Assembly (NCBI GenBank): GCA_028534125.1
Contig: CM052832.1
Coordinates: 20,586,001-20,650,000, forward strand
DNA from: Lama glama
Lineage: Eukaryota
Length of the DNA: 64,000 bases
Reading direction: 5' to 3'
In this document: in pieces, positions 12,642 to 23,614 of the stretch
How positions within the stretch are numbered: the first letter of the stretch is position 1
Layout: every line of letters starts with the position of its first letter
Translations under genes and position numbers: made by a program
Notes under the pieces: model-generated
The model's database searches: none
What the model was told of the DNA's origin: nothing
Seen by the model: the letters and a program-made list of their open reading frames with translations, nothing else

Positions 12642-13844
12642 GTAAGGGAGGGGGCTGGGGGAAAAAATCCGGGTGCCCTTTTGAACTCTGACAAGACAAA
12701 TGAACCTTCAGTCATGCTATTTCAGAGCAGAACTGACAACTTCAGGAGACACAAGTTTGACTGCAAGTGCAGCCTGTCCATCGGAATCCACCACGAATAA
12801 CAACAAAAGAAGGCTGAGATGTCGCAACAGACCATTCGGAACATGCTTCTAGACAAAGCAAATGGGGTATTAAGGAGCCCAATTTCTGAAAACTGTCAAA
12901 AAGTGTCTGCAAGATTTTATGTAGTGGGGCTGCATTTTTTTTTTTTTACAAGTACAAGAAACCATTACATACAAATCGCATTTCAAATAAGAACGGAAGC
13001 CCTCTCTAGGAAAGGAATAGTACATGGGCTAATTTTTTACATATATAAATATAGAGGAGATTTAAAAATGATTCCTTTTCCTTTTAAGCTTTAAAAACAT
13101 GCTTTTTCAACTCCCTGTATTTGTATGTTCTCTGAGTTTAATCTAAAAGTTTCCTATAAAGGATATGAAAATTTGCCATGAATCAGAACCAAAACATTTG
13201 ACAGCAAATCCCCTGCTGAAATCTGAGAGCCCACATCGAACAGATTTCTGTAGTATAACTGAAACATTGCCAAGAATTTTTTTAAGAGCCATGATGTCTC
13301 AGAGGAGATACATAAACAGTTTCTTGACTCTTTTAACCCGTGCAGCCAAACTTTCCCTGATGCTAGGGCCAGCATCGAAGGTACGCTTTCCTCCCTAGAG
13401 TCCCAGCTTCATCCATCTTCACTCTCTGATCCCTGGCTTGAACTCAATCGAATTTAGATACTGCTTCCTCTTCTCAGTGAGCAGAAGCTGAGGTCAAGCG
13501 CAGTCGAGTTGGCCCTGTGTTCTTTGAAAGCTGTGTCTCTGGTTTTCTCTAGGTATATCCAACTTTCTGCCTTTACCCCTTCCCAGTGTGGCACCTATTA
13601 AAAATTCATAAACCTCAGCCCATCCTCACACTTGGCCGCGTGTCATCTAAGGGGGCTAGCAAACATGCTGAGGCCATTTCGAAGCAAACACATTTCCCAT
13701 CTAAATCAGAAAATTCAGCTCATTAATAAAAACGCTTGCAGGCTTTTATTGCAGAGGAGTATTAAATGACACCTGGTTAAAATACTACAGTGTTTCCTTT
13801 TAGTTTCTGTTTAAAAAATTCATTCTTTCAGGAGGCAGTACAGG

Positions 13845-13978
13845 GAAAGTAACCATACAATCTATCATCAAAACCAGGACAGTTTTGAGAGTGAAAGGGG
13901 GTACCATTAATCATTAATCCAGGATGACAAGCAAAGACCAGAACCATCCCAGGCAAACCTGTATGTATGTCATCTTAA
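13845..13978 (+). mobile_element. MER94-like hAT-Blackjack MITE
   Basis: aaccatacaatctatcatcaaaaccaggacagttttgagagtgaaagggggt...cccaggcaaacc...gtcatctta matches recalled consensus and approximate length. Confidence 0.8.
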
Positions 13979-14249
13979 GCGAAGTCAGTTGGCCCATGAA
14001 ATGGCTCTTACCAGCAAAAAAAAATCAGATAGCCAGCTGGTAGAAAGTCAGTCAGCTAACCTCAATGGTATTTAACTGACGGCTTTTGACCTAGCAATTT
14101 AAGAAGAGTGGTATTTGTTTTCCAACAGCTAAGAATTAAATGTGACTTTATTTTTTTTTTTGAAAAGGTGGATGAGAATGAAAAATTGAGTCTTAGGTAA
14201 GGGCATCTACAGAGGACGGAGATATAATTGAATAAATGAGTTCCAATCA

Positions 14250-15540
14250 GCAAAATTCAGTTAAAAGATTCTTATTAATCACCCAGTATGGTATAAAGCA
14301 CTCTTCCAGGTATTGAAGGGTTTAAAAAATACCAGGTATTACTTCTTGTATTATAGTCAATTATAGTTGGAAAGACAATACACAACAGTATGTACTAAAA
14401 ATGCTCAGCAAAGGAAAAGGCTAATTTGAGCTGAGATGGTCAGGACAGGTGTTAAGAAAGAAGTGAGGGTAAAATTGGTTAAGTTGATCCTCAACTGAAG
14501 TATTTCCATAGGCACAGAGGATGTGGAAGGGGCTCCAGGGAAAGAGACAGCAAGAACAAAGCACTGAGTGGTGAGGTATCAGTCACACCCAGTTCGTGCT
14601 AAATACAACACCCAAGCCAGGGCAGATGCCCTGAGGATGGGGATCTCCGCAAAAATGGTCAGCAGAGGGTACTGAATACCAGGATAGGAGTAGGTAGAAA
14701 TGTCTTGTAAGAAGCCATAGGAAATTATGTGATAGATGTTAGGAAATCAGTTGGGCAAGGGTATTCCTGATAAATTACTGCCAGGGAAAAAGACTGAAGT
14801 CAGACAGACCAGTTAAGCAGTTATTCCAACACCACACAAATAAGGATGGACCTGATTTAAGATGATCATAATACAAGTGGAATATACATGTTTTAAATGT
14901 TCAAAAAGCATAATGAAGAGAATAATCCAGATTATTCTTGAGGCCTAATTACATAATAAGCTGATCCAAAGAGTGGCATAACCAGACTGAAGCACAACTT
15001 CCAAATCTCCTGAACTCAGGGATGTCATTATGCTTAGAGAGGAAGATGAGGCATTTGCTTCTGGATGTGCTAGCTTTTAAGTGGTAGGTAAACACCCAGG
15101 TGGGAAAGTACAGAAGAAGATAGATGCCATGTAGGCAGATGAAAGAGTTCAATTTGGATCTTTGGAAGTCATTATGTTGAAAGTGATTATCAACATTTGA
15201 GAAGGTGGGTGAGATCTCTATGAATAAGTAGGTATTAAACAAGAAAAGTCATAAAATCTGTGTTTGGATGGAGGGGGGGGTGGAATGAGGAAATAAACCT
15301 CTAAAAGAGGCAAAAAAAGGAAAAGTCTGGGAGGTTAGGTGAAGAACTAGGATTTTGTGCTTTTACAAACCTAGACAAAGAGATCTTGAACAAGAAGGAA
15401 GGTATCTATACTATTAAAAGGCAGACTTTAAAAAGAACATTGGATTGGTTAGTTGGATTATTGCTGCTCAGCAAGAATTAAGCTCAGTTAAGAGTGGTAG
15501 AATTTACACGTGACCAGATATCAAGAAAAGCAAAGTGGTG
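14250..15540 (-). mobile_element. L2 (long degenerate antisense copy)
   Basis: Begins with the L2 3'-end complement, then purine-rich body (atttgagctgag, gaagagttcaatttgga, ctaggattttgtg). Confidence 0.7.
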
Positions 15541-16914
15541 AATGCATTAAACTCAATGAACACATTTTATAATGTAAACAGAGCAAAACACAGTATACAT
15601 GGCTGCTTCTGGGGCCATCAGTGTATCTCAAAACTTAGATTTCTAGAAGACACTGGAGACACTAGAAAAAAAAAGAAACACTTCTGAATAATTCATAAAC
15701 AGAAGGAAGGTGACATGATTGAAAGAAGAAACCAGTTGGAATTTCCTGAAATGGAGAAAGGACATCATGCCTTCTGCATCTAGAAAGGATGGCAGTTGGT
15801 ACAGATACAGAGATATTTAAGTGAGGAACAAAGGATAGTATATATGGGACTTAACAGCACATTAAAGAAGGTTCTATCTGTGTCTCTGCTTCCCTTCTAA
15901 AAAGGGTTACAAAGTTCTTTGTTTAGTTCATATTTTTGAGGTCAAGCTTTCCATATTTCTTCCATACTTCTCTATTATGTTTATTTACTTGCTTGTTTAA
16001 TTTGTTCTCCATCTTCCTTTGGTGTCTCCACCTAACTAGTGATACAGAATATTAAAATACATGGATAAACTTTTTATTTGTAGTATCACATATCTTTCAT
16101 GTTTTCTGTTCACAGTTTGTAATTTTTCCCCTCATGGCTTTCAACTGAAAATAAAATTTTTAACCATCTCTGTTCTAGCCCATGTACAAGTTAGACAAGC
16201 TGTAAAGTTGTCTCAGTAAGAAAAGGATTTTAAATATCATGATCTTTGATTTTTCTATTTTTATTTAAAAAGTGACAAATAATTTAAAGTATTCATAATT
16301 TTATGTTGTGAATACTATACAGAAAATGACATAAAGATTGGACTTTAGATAAAGGTCCATTTTACTAATAATGACGTGAGTTACAATTTAGTTAAATTTA
16401 CATTGTATTCAAGGGAAAGTGCATGTTTCAATTATAAAGGGACCTGAGGCTGATTTATGCACTGAGTACAATTTTAAAATGGTGATACACTCACTAAATA
16501 AAAAGTTGGATTTTAAATTTTGGGTGCAATTTTTTTTTATACCTTTTCATATTTATTTTTACATCTAAAAATTTTAGCTGTGGTCAAAATAGGAATCATG
16601 TAACTGCCAAGTTGATTTGTAGGCTGTGGGCTACTGACATGACTCCAAATGTGAGGATAAAAGCTAAAAAAAATGTAAGCTAATTATCTGGACATTTATG
16701 AACACCTAGATGTTTGGAACAATGTAGAAAACATATCTTTTTTCAATTTTTATTCACATATTGGGTTCCTGCAGCTCCTACAATAATAGTCTTTTAATCT
16801 CCTGTGCTTTAAAAATAGAGTCAATTACAGAGTAATTGTCATTCTATTTTTCACATAGACACATCATACACCCCTAACTTTCACTCCCCATGACCACCAA
16901 TCTCACATTTGGTG

Positions 16915-17110
16915 GGTAGTAATTATGCACCAGGAACTGCAAAGGTGTTTACATATACTATCTCCAGTCCTCACAACCACCCTGCCAAGTAGGATCTGTT
17001 AACCTCACTGTACACATGAGGCAAAAGAGGCTCAGAAAGGTATAACTTATCAATGAAGCTCCAAGTCAACATAAGTTTGTACTTTTCAAGGCCTAGTCTT
17101 TTCACTTCTA
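16915..17110 (-). mobile_element. MIR
   Basis: tcctcacaaccaccctgccaagtagg...acacatgaggcaaaagaggctcagaaagg. Confidence 0.8.
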
Positions 17111-17349
17111 TATAAGCTACCTTTCTCCCATCACATCGGGTATAAATCCCTCTTTACCTGAAACTGGATTACTTCAATAGCCCTCTAAATGGATCTCTCT
17201 GCTTTAGATCTCACCATTGGTCAACCCACTATCATATTTTAATTCTTTGGTTATAAGCCTTATAACAACTTTCAACTATCCATCAGACATAAGAAACAAG
17301 AGCCTCGCAAGATAGCTTATTCAGTACAGTAAGAACAGAAAGATGAAAA

Positions 17350-17640
17350 CAAAAATTCTGTTGTGAAATTTACAGCATTAGATTGCATGATGCCTATTCA
17401 TTGAAATTTGTCGAGACTTTTTTTTTTGCAATTCATTTTTGTGGCCAATATTTGCAAATGTTCCATGTGCACTTTAAAAGTATTTCATATTCGTTAAGAG
17501 GACTGGGACTTGTGAGTATCACATATCATTGGATCAAGTCTATAAGATCAAGCCTTCCAACTTTGCTGTCCCATTCTTTTATAGCCTTATTCTATTTTCT
17601 CTTCTTGCTGAATTCTTGGTTTTGTTGATGTTGCTATTAT
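17350..17640 (-). mobile_element. Old L1M fragment
   Basis: ttgaaatttgtcgagact...gtggccaata...caaatgttccatgtgcacttt. Confidence 0.55.
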
Positions 17641-17697
17641 TTTACAAATTATTTCTGCGCCTCCTAAGCTCTTTGTCCTCATTACAGAAGCAAGTTT

Positions 17698-17967
17698 GAA
17701 TGACTGATTGATTGACTTAAGTATGGTTGATTTACAATGTGGTGTTAAGTTTCTGATGTAAAACATGGTGATTCAGTTACATATATATATTTTTTTTCTT
17801 TTTCATATTCTTTATCTATGGGTTATTGCAGACATTAAATATAGTTCCCTATGCTAAACAGTAAGACCTTGTTGTTTATCTGTTTTACATATAGTAGTTA
17901 GTGTCTGCAAATCGCAGAATCCTAATTCATCTGCCCCCTCTCAATCTTCCCCTCTGGTAACCATACC
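17698..17967 (-). mobile_element. L1 3' UTR end (cetartiodactyl type) with TSD
   Basis: Similar to the 3' UTR at 5640-5830; TSD cagaagca(a/g)gttt at 17685-17697 and 17968-17980. Confidence 0.9.
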
Positions 17968-20578
17968 CAGAAGCAGGTTTTAAAATGTTTGGTTGAAGCC
18001 TGAGTTCTGCAGTAAGATTGAAGACATTGCAGGACTCACTGCTGAATTAGCTGTTGATCTATTTTAGTTCCTGGTCACCTAGACCAGCTCCATTATCTAG
18101 AACCAACGACAGCAATTTGGCAGTAGTTTATTTCAGCCTTTTACATAAATGGAGGGTGAGGATAAGGTACTTTGAGGGCCAGAGCCCCTGTTGGGTTCTG
18201 GCTTCTACCCGTGAGTTGAACTGCAGACTCCTTTCTTCTGAGAACTTTCAGGTTCCCGATGAGCAGAACTTCCAGGCATACTGCCTACCTAATGACCTAA
18301 ACTCCAGCAGACTCTTGACGTCAACTCTGCTCTCTCTCACATTTCTATTTCACTACTGGGCCGTGGAGTTACTATTACATCTTCCAAGCCTTTGTATTTA
18401 TCTTTATATCTTTTTATATCTTTATATCTGTATCTATTTAATTTTCTCCTGTCTTATTTTACCTACCCTTGATGCCAGCTTGAAGAAAAAGAGCTATGCA
18501 AAAATGCATATGATCTTGACCAACAGTTTGAATATCACATTTATTCTACTTCTGTTATCTACTCATCACAAGATGTATTATAATATATCCGCATGAGGGC
18601 AACATAACTGGCAGAACCTCCTTTCATAGTGAACTGAAGAGGAAGACACATTCTTTTGAAAGGAGAAAGAAACCCACCCTTCAACACAGAGAAGAGATGT
18701 GACCAGCAGAAATCCAGACAGGTTTCCCTTGGACACCCCTCTGTGGTTTCCCAGACAGAAAGGCCCTCCTCAGCTGGGCAAAGATACATTAGAATTCATA
18801 TTTAAGACAGCCTCTTCCCTTCCCAGGCCAGAGTGAGGGGAGGACTGAGGGTGAGCCCCAGAGATCTTCCAGGACTCCACACACTTAAGGGCTGCCTCCA
18901 GCTCTACAATTTTATGGGTCTGTCATTAAGGAAAGAATCCAGGTGGTGAGCATGGTGTCTCTACTCCTCACAGGACTAGATACAACAGCACAGGGAAAAG
19001 AATGTGCTCTTGGAGATGTTAAAACTGAAAATACTGTCAGAAATAAGAACAGTGTGTTAAGATCACAATCAGCTCTATGAAATTTAGAACTGTTGCCAGG
19101 GCAAGGAGAATGGGCCAAACTGTGTCCAAGTTGGTAAAAATGAAAACATCAAATAAACAAACGGAGATATAGATGGTTTCCTTACAAATACTAAGCCTAC
19201 ATTTCAATTCTAAGATGCCACAATTTTCAAATTAATCTGTGTTTTCAAAAGTGAAATGAAGGTCAATAATCTTGAAAATGCTAAGATCTGTTTTCTGAAA
19301 GCATACCTTCAATTTAATTGCTAAAAGCAAGCAGACGTTTGGAAAAGAACTCTGTAATTAAACAACACATTATTTCCCTAGTATTTGATGAACATAATGA
19401 GTAAAATCTTAAGTAAGAAAAGTAAAAGATATTCTGTTACAATTAGCTTTTTTAATGTGGATTGGAAAAAATGGTCTCAATAAATGGGATTTTTGGAAAG
19501 AAACACTAAGGGAAAATGTGAGGAACAAAGCCAACTGAAATAAAGTTGTAGTGAAAATTTTATGTGTGTGTATAACTTTCTGTTTTATGGCATGATAAAT
19601 ATACTGATAGGAAAAAAGCATCCCCATTCCTAACATGTACATCTTAGGAAAGAATCGTGTATGTTTGATCATCCTTAGATAAATGGGCCACAGAGCTTCT
19701 GACTTATTTTAAACATAGTTTTCATTTTAATAATATACATATTAATTTTTAATAGATTTTAGCTAATTCTGTTCTAATTCATAGATAAAGAGAGTGCATA
19801 CAGTAGATTTTCATCTTGATGTTCATGTTAGACATTCAATTTCCCTTTTACTAAAAGAAGCCTCTAGCTACCCTTTTCTCTGGAGAGTTATTTCATTTAA
19901 TTTAAAAAAATATCAACAATTGTCTGCCTTGTAATATCTCTTGTATAAAGTTAGTTTTCCTGACCTGGGTGTTTCCCTCACTTAAGTCTTTCAGTGAGTT
20001 TTTTTTTTTTTTCCTTTTTTTTTTTTTTTAAACTTTTCTCTTTAGGGACATATGACAGAGCCAACCAACACAAAACCCTTTTCTGAAGTGTGTACAGTAT
20101 AGTACAAATATAGTATTCCTAATTTCAAATAAACCCCCAGCTCTATTCATCGGAACAGAATGACCATTATTTTTTGATTAAGAGAGAATGAATGATTTCC
20201 AGCAAGTAAACCAAAACACAACCTGCCTTGTTGCCAAGTTTATCATTTTCTTGTTTTAGTACAATTCCCTCAACTGTTCTTTCTGCTTAATTCTATTAAG
20301 TTCTTCTCTCTAGACAAAAGGTCTTTAATTCAATGATAGGACTGTAGGTTTCCCTAACCAAGACCTGTAAAGCTAGATATTAAATATTTCATGTCCAAAT
20401 GACATTCAATCCACAATGATAATAAATGAGTGCTGGCTGGTGGGTGACTTTTAAACCTGCACCCTGACTTCTAAATGCAAAGGCATCAAGGTTGACTGAG
20501 GGGCAGACCAACGGCAAACCTTCAGAAGCCTGGGCACCTCCAAGGCGATGGTATCTGATGCCTTACTTCCAAAGGGCA

Positions 20579-21022
20579 TGTGGTAGGCAGAATAACTGCC
20601 CCCAAAGATACCCATATTCTCATCTCCAAAACCCGCAAATATATTAGGTTACATGGCAAAGTGGCATTAAGACTGTAGAAGAATAAAGGTTGCTAATCAA
20701 CAGACCTTGAGAGGAGGAAGTTATCCTCGATAAAGCCCGTGAGCCCAGCGTAATCACAAGCTCCTTAAACATGGACAAGGGAGGCTAAACATGGAAAGAG
20801 GCCATAAGTCAAGGGAAAGTGGGCAGCTTCTAAAAGCTGGAGAAGGCAAATAAGTGGATTTTCCTTTAGAGCCTCCAGAAAGGCCTGATGAAATGTTGAT
20901 TTTATCCCATGAAGACCTACTTCAGATCCCTGGATGGCAGAACTGTCAGATAATAAATTTGTCCTGTCTTAAGCCACAAAATGTGTACTAATTTGTTACA
21001 GCAGCAGTGGGTAACTAATACA
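20579..21022 (+). mobile_element. MLT1D-like solo LTR
   Basis: Starts tgtggtaggcagaataa, ends aatttgttacagcagcagtgggtaactaataca; flanks gggca / ggaca form a 5-bp TSD with one mismatch. Confidence 0.9.
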
Positions 21023-21344
21023 GGACATTTTAAAATAAGTCCATCATCAAATGAAAATCTGCTGATGTGTAAATGTTAAATATGGCTTAATAATGTTACT
21101 TGGAGGCATATGTCAATTGCAATTTTCGTGAAAATGAATTTTAAAAGACTTTCAGAAAGATGTGTGTCAGGCAAAAGAACTAGAAGACAACTTAGCTTAA
21201 AAGAACCCATAAAGTAAACACAATATCTGGCACACAATAGCTTTTTCAACAGGTGAATTTTGAAGAAGGAATATATGAACAGATACACTCCTGTTGGCTA
21301 CTTTAATTCAGTTTTTCTAGAATACATTATATGATGCATTAACA

Positions 21345-21960
21345 GTTACTATTCATTTGACATCACATATTTAGTGAGAAAATATTTAGTGCTAGGCTTT
21401 GTTCTGGTGATGAAAACAATATGCTATCATCAGAAAGGAAGATATTTCTGTAATTGGAATATTGTCTGGAAAAGGAGACCAAAACTGAGCTGGCCATTAA
21501 CGCATACATACGTGATAAGTAAATACAGAGGAATGGGAGAGGTGCTGTGGCAGGAAAACACCTCTAGCAAGTGCTCAAACTTGAGTACGTGTAACATTTC
21601 TTCCACTAGTGATGGGAGGAGGTCAGGAACAGTGGTCTCAAGTGTAATGTTACTGAGAAAAACAGCACAACAAAAAGACTACCCAGAGGGATGGGGTAGT
21701 GTATGTTCACCATTTGCACCCCCAGTGTCTGCACTAAGCAGGTGCTCAATAAATATAGGTAACTGCTAACATCAAAGAATGAGAAATGAACAGTAGTTAT
21801 GAAACACTTTAGAGAGGGTCTTAAATATCAAGTGAAGGAACTAGGAATATTATACAGGGTAGAAAAAAAGATATTAATGAAGGTTTTAGGAAGAAAATTA
21901 CATGATAAAATCAGAGTTTTAGAAAGGTTAACCTGGTAATGACGTGCAGACTTTGTAGGA
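21345..21960 (-). mobile_element. L2 fragments (antisense, with a short sense 3' end near 21700-21770)
   Basis: attcatttgacatcacatatttagtgag...gtgctaggc; gcaggtgctcaataaata. Confidence 0.55.
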
Positions 21961-22199
21961 ACCGAGAGGAATGGTCAGAAGCTTCATCGCTTTCTGTCTA
22001 CACTGTTATTCATGCCTCCATTTTCCTTCCGAACCCAGTGTAGAGAAGTGAAGGCTGTTACAAGAGATCAAAAATGTGCCCCCTTCCATTGGCTACAACC
22101 CCTTATTAGTGGGAGCTCCAGATGTCTGCATGCTCCTGCCAAATTCTCGCCCTTCTTCCCCTCCAGTGCCCACCATTTCACCACTGTTGTCTGCCGTGG

Positions 22200-23050
22200 G
22201 GCCATTAGGACCTCAATTCTTACTTATGTCAGTCATACAAGAAGCCCAGGACTTCCAGGTCACTCCTCATTCCCCAACTCTGACTGTGATAGAACTTTTT
22301 TACATCCCTTTTCTGACTGCATCTTCTGCTCCTTCCTGATTCTTAAAATTCTTCCACTGTCCCCTCTGAAACATGGGACACTTTATCAGCAAAATCCCCT
22401 AGTATCTTAGCCACTTCTCTGAATGCCATCTTCTTCCTCTAGCTAAAATCTAATTCTCAAAACACAGCCTTCCCTGGAGCACCCTCAAGAAGTAGCTAAT
22501 TTTTCTATCATGGATCCTTCACCGGGCCTGCTGTCCCTTTCACTATGTAGGACCACATGGCTATCAATCTCCTTCCTTCCTAAAACACCAGCTTTGAAAC
22601 TCACAACACACCTACTTTTTGCAAACACAACACCCCTCTTCATTCCCTGTAGGTATTTATTATTGGTCAGTTGTCATTCTCTACAAAACTACTCTTGTCA
22701 ACATACTTGGTGATTTCATATTCACATAGACAATCCTTCCAATTTCTTAGCCTCTTCCTTCACTTGGTCTCCCCCCAAAAATCTTATCCTCCACACTCTA
22801 GCAGATGCTCACTCCTCTAATTAAAATCTTATCATTAATAATTCATTTAAATTCCAAACAACCCATAACCTTGATGTTATGAATTCTGCTTCTGACCACT
22901 ACCTCACATCTTTTAATATCCCGACTCCAACGTCTTCTGATACCACCAAGACCTTCAGTACAGTAATCCTCCCAAGTCTTTCTGTCTTACCCCGTTTGTT
23001 ACATTTATACCTCAAATAGCTCAGCCCAGAAACATTAGACTCATCTTTCA
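22200..23050 (+). mobile_element. L2 internal (endonuclease-region) fragment
   Basis: C/T-rich; tacttggtgatttcatattcacatagacaatcc resembles the L2 'LGDFNIH.D' coding segment. Confidence 0.6.
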
Positions 23051-23129
23051 CCTTTCTTAGATGCTTCCTAAGTGAAAGAACTCAACCAGAAGGTTGGGGA
23101 AGCTCTTTTCAGGTGGGATGAAATTATTT

Positions 23130-23553
23130 TACAAAACAAGTGGTAGGAAGTGGAGGCCAGTTACCTGCTGAGAACTGAAACTGCCCAAGTGGCTGGTGCT
23201 GGTGGTTCACAGTTGAGTCTCTCCCTGGAAACTACCCTCAAACAAAGAACCACCTCATCCATTACACACTCTCTCCAGGGGCAGCCTATGACCACTGACT
23301 AGTTAAGGCAGAAGGCAAAGGCAAGACCTCTCACCTCAATGTGGGACAACTCTGAAGGGGATGTCAGTTCCAGAGCTTCCTAAAGGATCAGCTGAGAGCT
23401 CTGTTATGACGGCATTGCTTGCATCATAGCTCAACTCCTCTCTCTGTCCAATGCCACTTCTTGCACTCCCCAGAAACTGGTGTTTCCTAGAACACTCCTC
23501 CATGAGCCTATTGCAAATCCTGTCTTTCTTTGCCAAGGAACTTGACCTAAGAG
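23130..23553 (+). mobile_element. LTR16-like ERVL solo LTR
   Basis: caatgtgggacaactctgaagg...ccagagcttcc...ggaacttgacctaagaga terminal signature. Confidence 0.75.
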
Positions 23554-23581
23554 ATGTATGCATGTGTGTGTGGGTATATGA

Positions 23582-23614
23582 ATATATGTATATTTATATA
23601 TATATATATATATA
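23582..23614. repeat. (TA)n microsatellite
   Basis: Direct reading. Confidence 0.85.

Noticed and set aside
18054..18596. 180-aa ORF
   Set aside because: TTG start; kept open by a low-complexity (tatatc/tttata) tract; no homology recognised.
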